Positions 29,101 to 38,719 of a DNA stretch of 64,000 nt are shown here, one piece after another; the stretch's first letter is position 1, and every line of letters starts with the position of its first letter. The notes under the pieces were generated by a model. The model was not told the origin of the DNA. It saw nothing but the letters and a program-made list of their open reading frames with translations, and searched no databases. Position numbers and translations under genes: made by a program. Source of the DNA: Myxococcota bacterium (GTDB lineage: Bacteria > Myxococcota_A > SURF-8 > G963663525); contig CAXXVK010000067.1 in NCBI GenBank assembly GCA_963676915.2, positions 32,001-96,000 of the forward strand, in the 5' to 3' direction.

Positions 29101-30151
29101 GCAAACTGCCATAGGTGGCGCGTAACTCGTCGCGGGTGATGATCTCGAATCCTTTGAGCAATACCTGTCCTCGTGCCGCGACCAGTTTTCGACCGTCGGG
29201 GGAGTCTTGAAACACGGCACGGGCGTAGGGATCGAGCACCGACATCACGCGGGGCAGATGGTTGACCATCCCCGCGTACTGTTTGCCGATACCACCGGGA
29301 AGCGGAATGAAAAAGCCGAATTCGTTGACACCCTCTCGAATGACTTCGAGCGTCACCTCCGTAACCAGTCCGGCGCTACCGCTTAGGCCGACTTGCATTT
29401 TCGCCTCGTCGCCTTTCAGACGGCGCACCATGCCGGAGCCGTCTACCAGCGTGACGGCATGCAGGTTGAAGCGGGCGTTGGCGCGTACCGGTCCCTGGCT
29501 GCCGTTGCAGACCACCGCGCCGATCTGGGCCTGGTTGAAGGTGGTCAGATCGAGAAAGACCGAATGACCCGCCCCCAGAATGTCCACTAGCGCTTCGTTG
29601 ATTTCGGCGGGCGTCAATCCTGCCCAGGCACGTACGCGATGGTTGATCGACGGGTTGTGACTTCGGTATACGACCACTTTGTTTTTTAGAGTCGGTGAAT
29701 CGGGAACGACGGCTTCGAACACTTCACTATCGACGGCATCTTGAAGGGAAACATTTTCCAAACGACCGTTGGGATGCACCAAAAGACCTACAAACCCTTT
29801 CAATCCGTGCAATTTCGCTTTTTTCTGCACCTGAAAAGCCCCGACCGCGCTTGTCAGACTGCCGATGGCTATGGCACCGAAATTTTCTTCATGGGCTATC
29901 GATACGGTTTTTTTTGCGTCTTCGGTGCTTTTGATACGAACCAGACAATGGCTTTCCACTGGCTTGCCGGAATCGTCGTACAGGTTTTCTTCATAGGGCG
30001 TGAAACCGGCCTGTCGATACAGGCTTTGTATCCGTTCCCAATCTCTATCATCTTCGAAAAGAAAGGGTTTCCCTGGCGTTCGTCGTTTGTGCGGCCGTAG
30101 TTTGGCCAGCCGGGTTTCCCATTTCGCCCATTGTTTTCGGCGCTTGTTCAT
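26192..30151 (-). CDS. Fusion: FAD-linked hydroxy-acid dehydrogenase (VAO/PCMH fold) + degenerate SerC-like domain + class V PLP aminotransferase
   Basis: FAD part: IGSLTSAVG, QIGAVVCNGSQGP, GLSGSAGLVTEVTL, YGHAH...DPH, GEKH; middle part: SHRS, ETP; C-terminal part: NPGP, GSATQAME, HETST, VDGTS, SVQK, GYG...LR; RBS GGGAGA before ATG 30151. Confidence 0.8.
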   Translation of the reverse strand: MNKRRKQWAKWETRLAKLRPHKRRTPGKPFLFEDDRDWERIQSLYRQAGFTPYEENLYDDSGKPVESHCLVRIKSTEDAKKTVSIAHEENFGAIAIGSLTSAVGAFQVQKKAKLHGLKGFVGLLVHPNGRLENVSLQDAVDSEVFEAVVPDSPTLKNKVVVYRSHNPSINHRVRAWAGLTPAEINEALVDILGAGHSVFLDLTTFNQAQIGAVVCNGSQGPVRANARFNLHAVTLVDGSGMVRRLKGDEAKMQVGLSGSAGLVTEVTLEVIREGVNEFGFFIPLPGGIGKQYAGMVNHLPRVMSVLDPYARAVFQDSPDGRKLVAARGQVLLKGFEIITRDELRATYGSLREDSEERGRIGSLLETMRDAKCHIGLLVNCTTDVSEDEMIDLLEALFEEPPEGREEPDNLFAAIRGLQKWRDIYRSDDHDDDADEDIVYFLPSEMRALKRMREAIPEMTRASKWKGFTTSTDFNCRITGDDPALRERAYKAVMEVYWAYVQDLRDRQFRVYIYGHAHPGMVQEAVSGGIDPHIRATYFLEGEDEDTRKRASEAYVFLQDRKKTLIKHLESLHGQFGIEFEPGEKHLSTAYARWLERRDPERTEELYRYTQTYGGRTFGATSRLKLHAHPPRLEHGILNAFASDPSLPTSAPAIARLHTSILLWCQHSHRSPEGMRILSETLGLLREWLGLEPDERVFFTDSTEKAVVACFKALVNRRKGGVALDLRDKEQHQPPAEVQAVATNNPKLLDDPAWTEIHKILVMQTLERPSAAMRRKAAAFVFSGELFGLQEELGLLVCHAETLEVARKTASRNQIGYMHSLLEMDERPHETLETPKIQAIAELGCRVALALGQTSSLSPEKAKERLRNQQDFFTLNPGPAQINRRILKRSMETERRLADLTGQPEARKQAALEVESLLRKYLNLPKNYSIFFTGSATQAMEQTVESLDVDFGIVGVKGAFGERMLDVARRFGTGRVKSVRLRWGEGENGQLQSIASEMLSKLPASNLKRSDRSVGFFITGHETSTAVQTDVGALIQAIRNRVNKPGKIKRKRATTDPFLFIVDGTSEFGYLRREWKDIDVYFGSVQKFMGCPAGLGVLIVSPKAMEVARRRESERSPEDVAMVYRTFPQMEKEQFAGHYHNLRGILQLGEALEDYLERGGLRSIQKETERKMKVVQEAIENTPHLVQAVQRVEDRSGVLAHLLGVDIEVSRLRERLENRVTIGSGYGPFKGETLRLYLGPNISEAQVKQAMDALLATVREMVAQGERLERPLPRKCRNLDQEWLGLREHPRATGEKRKRFGLKRRFGAVKGKLAKKKGRT

Positions 30152-30459
30152 ACGTCTCCCCACTCGAACGAGATGATTTATCCCGCATGTTTCATGCTTC
30201 GTTCGAAAGTGTACTGTAAGCCACGGCTGGTGGTCCAATATCTTTTCGCCAAACTCGCCAAAAGAATGCACCGAAAAACACCAAAATGTTAAAAATTCGT
30301 TTGAAATTTTACCTTCTTTACCTTTATACTTAAACTTTAATGGTGTATATTAATTATAAATATAAATAGGTACACCACGTAGCCGGAGAAAATGCGGGTA
30401 CGCATTGCTTTTTATTGACATTTAGGCTTGCCGTCATTATGCGTGCAGGAAAGTTGACC

Positions 30460-30729
30460 ATGCCGGAATCCATCACAGAATTCAAGCATGAATCCATTCA
30501 GGATCGAAAATCCATCGTAAAATACTTGAAAACCCTCTGGGAAGGCATCGACAACGGCCGTATCGCTTTTCACAGCGAGGAAGACGAGATCGAACTCATT
30601 CCCCCGGACCTGATGAACCTCAAGCTTCGGGTCGTTCATGCCGAGGACCGCTCGAAAATCATTTTGCAAATCGGCTGGAAACCCAATGAAGGCAAAGAAA
30701 AGCCCGGCAACCTGATCGTCAGGACGTAA
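30460..30729 (+). CDS. Amphi-Trp domain protein
   Basis: FKHES...YLKTL..GI..G...; terminal strand ILQIGW. Confidence 0.8.
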   Translation: MPESITEFKHESIQDRKSIVKYLKTLWEGIDNGRIAFHSEEDEIELIPPDLMNLKLRVVHAEDRSKIILQIGWKPNEGKEKPGNLIVRT

Positions 30730-30735
30730 CCCGCC

Positions 30736-32409
30736 ATGCCTCCTTTACGTGCACTTAGAGAAAATTTCAGTCTGATGGTGGTCGAGGTCGGCAAGCAGGT
30801 CGAAGAAACCCGTTTCGCCTTGACCGACTGGGACGGCAGCCTCGGAGAAAGCATTCTCAATCGGGACGATTACATCGACCGCATGAAGGATTTCATCACC
30901 CGCAACGTGTTTCGCAAGCTGGCGGAATCGCGTGATTTCGACAAATCTGTGGTCAAAATTCTCCAGGCGGGAATCGTCATCGTCAACAACCTCGAAAACA
31001 TCGCAGACTTTTGCACGAACATCGTCGGCCAGATTTGCCATCTTGGCGACCCGGATTTCCTGGATCGCTACGATTTCAAACTGCATTTTCATTATGTCAA
31101 TAAAGCGTTGTCCATCGTCGAAAAGACACTGTTTACTCAGGATCTGGATGCGGCTCTGGAAATCTGCAAATGCGAATTTGCCTTGGATGATCTGTATAAA
31201 AAGGACTTTCAAAGCATTTTGCAACAGCTTCAAAACTGTTCGTCGGAAGATCCCAAAGAAAACCCTGCGCAAAAGCTGGTTACGGCTCTGTTGATTTTCC
31301 GTTATCTCGAACGAATGGGCGATTGTCTGCTGAATATCGGCGAGGCGATCATCGAATCCGTGATCGGAGAAAAGCTCAAAATTCACCAGTATTTAGCGCT
31401 GCGCAACAGTTTCGACGTCAGCAGCGACGCCTCCTCGCCGGGAATTCCTGTTCACCACACCCATTTCGAAACCATCGGCGAAACCCGATCGGGTTGTCGT
31501 ATCGGGCGCGTTCGTCAACCCACCACGGATCAACACAGCCACTGGGCGATTTTCAAGGACGGAAATCTTGGAAAACTGACGCGGGAAAAGGAGAACATCG
31601 AAACTTGGGAACGCCTTTGTCCTGGCTTACCTCCGAAACTGTTCGGTTTTCAGCCGAAAGGCAACTATGCCTCGCTGTTGTTGGAATATTTGGGCGGCAT
31701 CAATTTTCAGGAAATCATTCTGGAACCCGATTCCAACCTGCTGGCCGATGGCATGAACCAGTTGAAAAAACTGCTGGAAGTGCTTTGGGAGATGACCTGG
31801 CGGGACGAACCCGCTCAAGCCGGTTTCATGGAGCAGCTTCTCGACCGCCTGTCAAGCGTCTATCGGTTGCATCCTGCCTTCAATACCGCCACTGCCGGAA
31901 TCAACGATTTGGAGTTGCCGTCGACGCATCGGTTGATACAGGAATTGAACGATATCGAGCGAACGCTTTTTGCGCCGTTTTCCGTTTTCATTCATGGGGA
32001 TTTCAACATCGACAATATCCTGTACGACAGCAAGCAAAAGAAAATCAACTTCATCGATCTGAATCGCTCTACACAAACGGATTACGTGCAGGATATCTCC
32101 ATTTTCCTCGTGTCGGCCTTTCGCTTGCCGCTTTTCGAAAACCGGCACCGCCTGCGCCTGAATTTCGTTTCCGACAGTTTGTATGATTTTTCCAAAGGAT
32201 TTGCCGAACGTCACGGCGACGCGGAGTTCGATACCCGACTTGCGTTAGGGTTGATCCGTTCTTTCGTAACCTCCACCCGCTTCGTGGTGCACCCGCGTTT
32301 TGCCAAAGACATGTTTTTACGAGCGCAATTTCTGATGGAAAAACTGCTCGACCATCGGGGGCGTCCCTGGTCGGAATTTGTCCTGCCACGTTCCATTTTA
32401 GTGTACTGA
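30736..32409 (+). CDS. PhoU-domain + aminoglycoside-phosphotransferase-like kinase fusion
   Basis: Two PhoU repeats (LENIAD; YLERMGD...NIGE); ETRSGC; IHGDFNIDN and FID kinase motifs. Confidence 0.85.
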   Translation: MPPLRALRENFSLMVVEVGKQVEETRFALTDWDGSLGESILNRDDYIDRMKDFITRNVFRKLAESRDFDKSVVKILQAGIVIVNNLENIADFCTNIVGQICHLGDPDFLDRYDFKLHFHYVNKALSIVEKTLFTQDLDAALEICKCEFALDDLYKKDFQSILQQLQNCSSEDPKENPAQKLVTALLIFRYLERMGDCLLNIGEAIIESVIGEKLKIHQYLALRNSFDVSSDASSPGIPVHHTHFETIGETRSGCRIGRVRQPTTDQHSHWAIFKDGNLGKLTREKENIETWERLCPGLPPKLFGFQPKGNYASLLLEYLGGINFQEIILEPDSNLLADGMNQLKKLLEVLWEMTWRDEPAQAGFMEQLLDRLSSVYRLHPAFNTATAGINDLELPSTHRLIQELNDIERTLFAPFSVFIHGDFNIDNILYDSKQKKINFIDLNRSTQTDYVQDISIFLVSAFRLPLFENRHRLRLNFVSDSLYDFSKGFAERHGDAEFDTRLALGLIRSFVTSTRFVVHPRFAKDMFLRAQFLMEKLLDHRGRPWSEFVLPRSILVY

Positions 32410-32557
32410 GAGTTTCGAGAAAATTACCCGTAAATTTGAAAAAACTGGGATCTATCCTTTACCGACCGAAATAAATGCCGCATAATACGCCATTGATTTT
32501 TCGTCGTTTTTTCCATTTTCAAGCATGATCGTATTTATCGTCGAACGAGAGGACAGT

Positions 32558-35371
32558 ATGCGAAATTATTTCATTTTGATGGTATGGGTCGTCGCTTTGG
32601 TATTTTCCGGCTGCGGTGGAGGAGACTCTAGCGGAACCACGGACAATCCCGGCGATCAGGATGTCCAGGAAAACGTCGATAACAACGATGATGTGGTCGC
32701 CGATCAGGACGAACCTCTCCCGGCCGATGAAGAGGAAATGGCTCCCGCCGACGAGGATAATATTGACGAAATCGAGGCTGAGGAAGAAATCGCGGACGAA
32801 GCGGAAATTGAGGAAGAAGTGGAAACCGGTCCCCGGCGCGGCAGCGTGGACGACTTGCCTGCCGACTCGATCAGCTGTTTCGATGCCTGCACGAAAATGG
32901 ACGAATGCGGCCACCTGACGGCAGAGCCGCTCGAAAGTCTCGATGCTTGTTTGTATCTCTGCGAAGATGCCGACAACCTGCCGTTCTTCGGGGATTCCCA
33001 ATCCAACGAGTATTTCCAGCGTTGTGCGAGTGTTGAAAACGACTGCGACGCTATCGAGTATTGCGGAGATTGGCTATTCGATCCTCGCACATACACGGCT
33101 TGCTGGGCCGTGGGAGAATGCTTAAGTGCCTATCTTGGAAAAACCGAGCAATCCCGGCACGTTGTAGCCTTGACTCCCGAGGGTATGACCCCCGCGCTTT
33201 CCCATGTTGTCGCCAGAAAACGGGCGTCGATAGATCTTCAGGGATTGCTTGACGCGTACGACGTTTCGGCTCAAATCGAAGCGAACGGCCGGTACGTCCG
33301 GTTGCGTTTCCTGTCCTCGGTCAGCGAGGAAGCGGCCAAAGCGCTGGAACAACAGTTGGAAATTCTGCCGACCTACCAGAACGCCTGGGGTGTCGTCGTG
33401 GCCGCGACGGGACGGTTGATCGTCAAAAGCGATTCGTTGTCCGTGGTCGAGCGGGACAAAGCTCTGACCGGTGCCGGTCTGGACGAGATCGAAACCCTGC
33501 ATTGGACCGACCGCCTGTACGCCTACGCGAAATCACCGGTCAAAGCACTGGAAGCGTTGAAAACCCTCCGTCATGATGCTCGTTTCGAAGCGGATATGGA
33601 CTGGGTACGGTTCTACGAAACCTACGATACCCCGGACGACCCGCTGTACCCGATGCAATGGCATCTGCGTAACACAGGCGAAAATGAGTCTGTGCGATAC
33701 GCCGATAGCCGCGTATGGGAAGCCTGGGTCGTTACGGAAGGTTCGTCGGACGTGGTCGTGGGTGTCAACGACGATGGTTGCGACCTCAACCACGAGGAAT
33801 TTGAAGGCAAAATGGCCGATACCTACGACTTCCCAGACGACTGGGAAAGTCGTCTTGATGGTACGAGCGGATTCGGTGGTCATGGTACTTGTGTGGCCGG
33901 TGTCGCCGCCGCCCAGGGATACAATGGTAAGGGCGTTGTGGGTGTTTGTCCCTATTGCGGTGTTCGTTGCTCGTGGACCATCGACACTTCCGATTCCGTT
34001 TCCAGCGGTCTGAGCGATGCCGAAATCGCCGAGAAATTCACCTGGCACACCGATCAGGGAACCGCAGTGGTCAACAATAGCTGGGGACCGTGGGGCGGAG
34101 ATCCGGGTGTGGCGGGCGATACGCCGGGTATCCAGCCGATTCCGACGGTCATTGAAGATGCCTTCGAATATGCCGAATCCAATGGCCGCAACGGCAAGGG
34201 TATGGTTATCGTCTTCGCGTCGGGCAACTCCAACGAAGATGTCGCCGCCAGCCCGCTGGCCAACTACGAAAACAGCGTGGCGGTTGCCGCCGTGGATGAC
34301 CAGGGACTGAAATCCTTCTATTCCAACTGGGGCGCTGGGATCGACATTGCCGCGCCGTCCAACGGCGGAATGAACGGCATCGTGACCGTTTCGCCGTCGG
34401 GAACGGTTGTCGATATCGAAGGACAACCGGGGTACACGAAGAGCTTCGGTGGCACGAGTTCCGCTTCGCCGTTCGTTTCCGGTGTTGTGGGTCTGATCAT
34501 CTCGGCCAACCCGGACCTGACCGCCGCCGACGTGCGGGATATTCTCAAGCGCTCGGCTCGTAAAATCGACCCGCTCAACGGAGAATGGGACGAAAACAAC
34601 CACAGCATCTATTACGGCTGGGGTATGGTGGATGCTTACGTGGCGGTGAAAATGGCCAGCGATCCGGCAACCTGCGTCAACCGTGAGGACTGCCTGAGTT
34701 ATACGGATCAATGCACCCCGCGACGGGAGGGAGATTGCCAGAGTGGTGTTTGCGACGAATGCGCGAACGATTCCCAATGCGCTTCCGGCCATTGTCAGGC
34801 GTTGATCGAGTTGGGGATGCAAATCTGCGTCGAAACCTGTGAAAACGGTGAAACCTGCTCGGACGGAACGTTCTGTATGGGTGGTGTGTGTCTGCCTCCC
34901 AATGGCTTCCGTACCTATTGCGGAATGTGCGATAGCGAAGAAAGCGAAATCTGCAACGGACGCGACAACGATTGCGACGGAACGGTGGATAACGACGGTT
35001 GCACGGTGTGTCACGACGATTCTGCCTGCGATGAAAACACCCACTGTGCGTACTCGATGTTCGATGGCGCACGTATCTGCCGTACCGAGTGCGAAACCGC
35101 GTCCGATTGTCCGCAAGGATCGTCCATGCTTCCGCCAAGTTGCGTGGTTCCCACGTATCGGTATGGAGAGCAGGAAGGCGAGGAAATGATCTGCCTGATC
35201 GGAATTCCTCCTACGCGGCTGGAATGGGATGAAGTCTGCGGTGCGGGGCTGTCCGGCAGGGATGACCAGAGCATCGATTCCATCGTTCAATGTACCGAAG
35301 GGTATATCAACGGAATGCAGGTGGATTGCATGGGTATCGTGATGAACTGCCTGATGCGAATGACGAGATAA
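32558..35371 (+). CDS. Lipoprotein S8 (subtilisin/kexin-like) serine protease with Cys-rich domains
   Basis: Lipobox FSGC; triad NDDG, HGTCVAG, GTSSASP; NNSWG; MopE-like EICNGRDNDCDG; Cys-rich tail. Confidence 0.9.
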   Translation: MRNYFILMVWVVALVFSGCGGGDSSGTTDNPGDQDVQENVDNNDDVVADQDEPLPADEEEMAPADEDNIDEIEAEEEIADEAEIEEEVETGPRRGSVDDLPADSISCFDACTKMDECGHLTAEPLESLDACLYLCEDADNLPFFGDSQSNEYFQRCASVENDCDAIEYCGDWLFDPRTYTACWAVGECLSAYLGKTEQSRHVVALTPEGMTPALSHVVARKRASIDLQGLLDAYDVSAQIEANGRYVRLRFLSSVSEEAAKALEQQLEILPTYQNAWGVVVAATGRLIVKSDSLSVVERDKALTGAGLDEIETLHWTDRLYAYAKSPVKALEALKTLRHDARFEADMDWVRFYETYDTPDDPLYPMQWHLRNTGENESVRYADSRVWEAWVVTEGSSDVVVGVNDDGCDLNHEEFEGKMADTYDFPDDWESRLDGTSGFGGHGTCVAGVAAAQGYNGKGVVGVCPYCGVRCSWTIDTSDSVSSGLSDAEIAEKFTWHTDQGTAVVNNSWGPWGGDPGVAGDTPGIQPIPTVIEDAFEYAESNGRNGKGMVIVFASGNSNEDVAASPLANYENSVAVAAVDDQGLKSFYSNWGAGIDIAAPSNGGMNGIVTVSPSGTVVDIEGQPGYTKSFGGTSSASPFVSGVVGLIISANPDLTAADVRDILKRSARKIDPLNGEWDENNHSIYYGWGMVDAYVAVKMASDPATCVNREDCLSYTDQCTPRREGDCQSGVCDECANDSQCASGHCQALIELGMQICVETCENGETCSDGTFCMGGVCLPPNGFRTYCGMCDSEESEICNGRDNDCDGTVDNDGCTVCHDDSACDENTHCAYSMFDGARICRTECETASDCPQGSSMLPPSCVVPTYRYGEQEGEEMICLIGIPPTRLEWDEVCGAGLSGRDDQSIDSIVQCTEGYINGMQVDCMGIVMNCLMRMTR

Positions 35372-35390
35372 CCGAAACGGATAGAATCCA

Positions 35391-35418
35391 AAGCGCCCCC
35401 GTTCAGGGGGCGTTTTTG
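35391..35418 (+). terminator. Rho-independent terminator
   Basis: Stem CGCCCCC/GGGGGCG followed by TTTTT. Confidence 0.8.
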
Positions 35419-35527
35419 TTCGGAGATGCTTGTTTTCGGTGGAAAAAGGTCTCATACTATAAGTCTTGATCGTGGCTTGCATTGGAGGGGCAGCAGGCTG
35501 GTTCCAAGATGTTTTCGAGGATGTATC

Positions 35528-36454
35528 ATGCTGAAATTTCACCCATGGACGGTAACACGAAGAAAACTTCCGGTCGTTGTCTTGATCTGCCTGGCGGTTT
35601 TGACTGCGTGTTCGGAGAAAGCGCCTTCCGCTGTATCGGAACCGCCTGCCGAGCCTGCCCAACCGGTTGTTAACAAAGAGAAAACACCGAGTTCCCCGCT
35701 GGATATCGAGATGGTTCGTATCGAGGCTGGACGCTTCGAGATCGGAACCAACGAAAACGACCCGTATTTCATTCCGATGGAGCGCGGACATGCCGTTGTC
35801 ATCGAAAAGCCGTTTTGGCTTGGGAAAACGGAAGTTACCCAGGCGCAATGGAATGCTGTGATGGGAAAAAATCCCAGTCATTTCAAGGAATGCGGGCCGA
35901 ATTGCCCGGTGGAGAACGTGACCTGGTTCGAGATCGTGGATTTCGCCAACCGGTTGTCCGAGAAAAGCGGTTTGTCGAAGTGCTACGAAGGCAAGGGCGA
36001 ATTGACACGAGTGGTTCCCGATTGCGAAGGCTACCGTCTTCCTACCGAGCAAGAATGGGAGTATGCCGCCCGTGCGGGGACGAAGGGGAGATTTTACACG
36101 GGAGATTGCCTAAGCGCCGAGCAGGCGAATTTCAACGCTACGTTTAGCGTTCCGGGCTGCGAAAAGGGAGTGTATCGAGAAAAAACGGTCGAAGTCGGTC
36201 GATTTCCTCCCAATCCGTGGAAGCTTTTCGACATTATCGGCAACGTTCAGGAATGGACCTGGAGCCGTTATCTGCCCTACCCGAAACCTGGCGAGAAAGT
36301 GGACGATACCCCGATTTTCAACGTCCATCGCACGGTGCGTGGTGGCGGTTGGAAAAACGGTATGTCTGCCTGTCGGGTGGCGAAAAGGGAAGGTTTTTCG
36401 CCGGTTTATCGAGATCCGAACATCGGTCTGAGGTTGGCACGATTTGCAAAATAA
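35528..36454 (+). CDS. Formylglycine-generating-enzyme-like (SUMF1/PvdO) lipoprotein
   Basis: Lipobox LTAC; TEVTQAQW, PVENVTW, YRLPTEQEWEYAAR, GNVQEW, RGGGW, IGLRL. Confidence 0.9.
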   Translation: MLKFHPWTVTRRKLPVVVLICLAVLTACSEKAPSAVSEPPAEPAQPVVNKEKTPSSPLDIEMVRIEAGRFEIGTNENDPYFIPMERGHAVVIEKPFWLGKTEVTQAQWNAVMGKNPSHFKECGPNCPVENVTWFEIVDFANRLSEKSGLSKCYEGKGELTRVVPDCEGYRLPTEQEWEYAARAGTKGRFYTGDCLSAEQANFNATFSVPGCEKGVYREKTVEVGRFPPNPWKLFDIIGNVQEWTWSRYLPYPKPGEKVDDTPIFNVHRTVRGGGWKNGMSACRVAKREGFSPVYRDPNIGLRLARFAK

Positions 36455-36477
36455 CGATGTTTACGTTTTTTCACGAG

Positions 36478-36508
36478 AAGGGCGTTTTGCGAGAAAGCGC
36501 CCTTTTTT
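36478..36508. terminator. Terminator between convergent FGE and rodA genes
   Basis: Stem AAGGGCGTTTT/AAAGCGCCCTT followed by a T run. Confidence 0.75.
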
Positions 36509-36550
36509 ACTACTGGGTGTGGTTCTTTTTTACGTCGCTGACGTGAAAAA

Positions 36551-37642
36551 TTAAAACATGTAGCGGCGCATGGAGACGTTCAGAAGCAATCCAACGCTGA
36601 TGGCGCAAACGACCAGCGAGGTGCCGCCGTAGCTCATGAAGGGTAGGGTCATACCTACGACGGGAAGGATACCCAATACCATTCCGATATTGATCAGCAT
36701 CTGCCAGAAGAGAATCGCCGTACAGCCGAGTGCAAGCAAAGCACCGAAACGCTCTCGTGCGCTCGATGAAATCTGCAAGCCGAAGAGAAATAGCGCGAAA
36801 TAGAGCAACAAAAGCGCAAACGACCCGACAAAGCCGTGTTCTTCGGCCCAGACCGAGAAAATGAAATCGGTATGTTTTTCGGGCAGAAATTTCAATTGGG
36901 TTTGTGTGCCTTCCTGATAGCCTTTGCCGAATGTCTCGCCCGAACCGATGGCGATGATCGATTGGCGCCGGTGATAGCCGCTGCCCTTGATGTCCGCCTC
37001 GGGTTCCAGCAGATTGAGAATTCTCTGTTTCTGGTAGTCTTTGAGCACGAATTTCCAGGCCGGAAAGCTCACTAAAATCATGACGACCAAAACCAGCGCC
37101 AAGGATTTCCAGCGCACACGCACGAACAGAATAAGGGTTCCGCCGATGGCCAGAATCAGCAGCGAGGTGCCGAGGTCCGGTTCCATCAGTACGAGCAATG
37201 CGCAACTACCCAGAAGTGCAAGGGGAATTCGTAATTGTTTCAACGTATACGGACGGCTGCGGGCGTCGTCGTGGAACCAGCGAGCCAGAACGGCGACGAT
37301 AGCCAGTTTGGCCAGTTCCGAAGGTTGTAATTTGAAAAACACCAGTGGAATCCAGCGTTTCGCTCCTCCGGCGGATGGAAAGAAAAAGACCGCCAGCAGC
37401 AGGAATACCACCAGGAAAAAATAGAAGTAGGCGAGGCGTTCGTGGATGCGGTAATCGATGAGTACAGCGAAGATCCCTGCGGCCAGTGCCAAGCCCATCC
37501 ATGCCAATTGACTCATGAAATAGGGGGCTGAACCTGCGGAGGACGCGGAGTACAGGTTAAACAATCCGAGGATGCAGATCGTCAAGGATACGCCCAGCAA
37601 CGGCAGATGAAAGTTGTCGATGGCTTTACGCGGGGTTGTCAT
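36551..37642 (-). CDS. rodA: Rod shape-determining SEDS glycosyltransferase RodA
   Basis: QPSELAK, EPDLGT, IAIGSG, LPEKHTDFIF, LPFMSYGGTS. Confidence 0.95.
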   Translation of the reverse strand: MTTPRKAIDNFHLPLLGVSLTICILGLFNLYSASSAGSAPYFMSQLAWMGLALAAGIFAVLIDYRIHERLAYFYFFLVVFLLLAVFFFPSAGGAKRWIPLVFFKLQPSELAKLAIVAVLARWFHDDARSRPYTLKQLRIPLALLGSCALLVLMEPDLGTSLLILAIGGTLILFVRVRWKSLALVLVVMILVSFPAWKFVLKDYQKQRILNLLEPEADIKGSGYHRRQSIIAIGSGETFGKGYQEGTQTQLKFLPEKHTDFIFSVWAEEHGFVGSFALLLLYFALFLFGLQISSSARERFGALLALGCTAILFWQMLINIGMVLGILPVVGMTLPFMSYGGTSLVVCAISVGLLLNVSMRRYMF

Positions 37643-37654
37643 CCGCCGGTACCT

Positions 37655-38191
37655 CTATGGTTGTGCGTCTACGTTTAGAATCCCGATGTACGGCAGGTTT
37701 CGATAGAGTTGCGCTGCGTCCAGGCCATAACCGATAACGAATTCGTCCGGCACTTGGAAGCCCAGGTAGTCGATGGGGATTTCGACTTTCTTGCATGCCG
37801 GTTTTTCCAGAAGCGAACAAAGCCGCAGACTTGCCGGATTACGGCTGCGGAGGTTGTCGAACAGATATTGCAGTGTCAAGCCGGTGTCCACGATGTCTTC
37901 GACCACGATCACATGCTTGTCCCGAATGGGGATACCGAGATCGCTGACCAGCCGAACCTGACCGGTGGACTTGGTTTCGTCGCCGTAACTCGATAGTGCG
38001 AGAAATCCCACCTTGAGCGGCAGATCAATGGCCCGGCAGAGATCGGCCATGAAAACGAACGATCCCTTCAACACCCCCACGATGAGGATTTCTTTCTTTT
38101 TATCCCGGTAATCGCTGGTAATCTGACGGCCCAGTTCCGCGACACGTTTGGCTATCTTTTTTTCGTCGAACAGTACTTTGATATCGCCCAT
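37655..38191 (-). CDS. hpt: Hypoxanthine phosphoribosyltransferase
   Basis: VLKGS, SSYG, VEDIVDTGLT, FVIGYGLD...RNLPYI. Confidence 0.97.
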   Translation of the reverse strand: MGDIKVLFDEKKIAKRVAELGRQITSDYRDKKKEILIVGVLKGSFVFMADLCRAIDLPLKVGFLALSSYGDETKSTGQVRLVSDLGIPIRDKHVIVVEDIVDTGLTLQYLFDNLRSRNPASLRLCSLLEKPACKKVEIPIDYLGFQVPDEFVIGYGLDAAQLYRNLPYIGILNVDAQP

Positions 38192-38463
38192 GGTTCCCTC
38201 GGAAAATCTTAGTGAATGCCTAAGCTTGGATCATACCTTTTTTGCTCTGGGTTGCAATGGTCGTGTACCAAAATATCATGGAAAACGACACGTTCCTTGA
38301 TAAGAGGCTGCATGACTTATTTGAAAGTGTTCCAAGAAAGGTTTTCGTAAGATTTCGTCGATCAGACGATGAAGGTTTTTCGTTTGTTCGATAGAAAGAA
38401 AGTGACTGGATCGTTGCCAAAAAGGTAAGGACCGGGACGAAAAACATCCCGGATTCTGAGGAA

Positions 38464-38664
38464 TTATTCCTCGTCGTCTTCGAAAACGATTTCGCGTTCG
38501 TTGACGGCAATCCCTAATGCTTTCAGTATCTTACGTTTAGTAGAAACCCGACACTTGTATCCCCGCTCGATGCGATCGATGGTTACGGCAGAGACACCGG
38601 CCTGTCGGGCGAGTTCGAGTTTGGACAACAAACGATCTTTTCTAATTTTCTTTAACTTGCTCAT
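38464..38664 (-). CDS. Small XRE/Cro helix-turn-helix protein
   Basis: LKKIR...ELARQAGVSAVTIDRIERG...KILKAL. Confidence 0.85.
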   Translation of the reverse strand: MSKLKKIRKDRLLSKLELARQAGVSAVTIDRIERGYKCRVSTKRKILKALGIAVNEREIVFEDDEE

Positions 38665-38719
38665 TAACCCCAGCCTTTCCTTAATATTATAGGGGGTTAA
38701 ATTATGTTTAATTACTTAA

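Noticed and set aside
33533-36052. 839-aa minus-strand ORF
   Set aside because: Antisense shadow of the S8 protease and FGE genes; no motifs, and explained by codon bias of the sense genes
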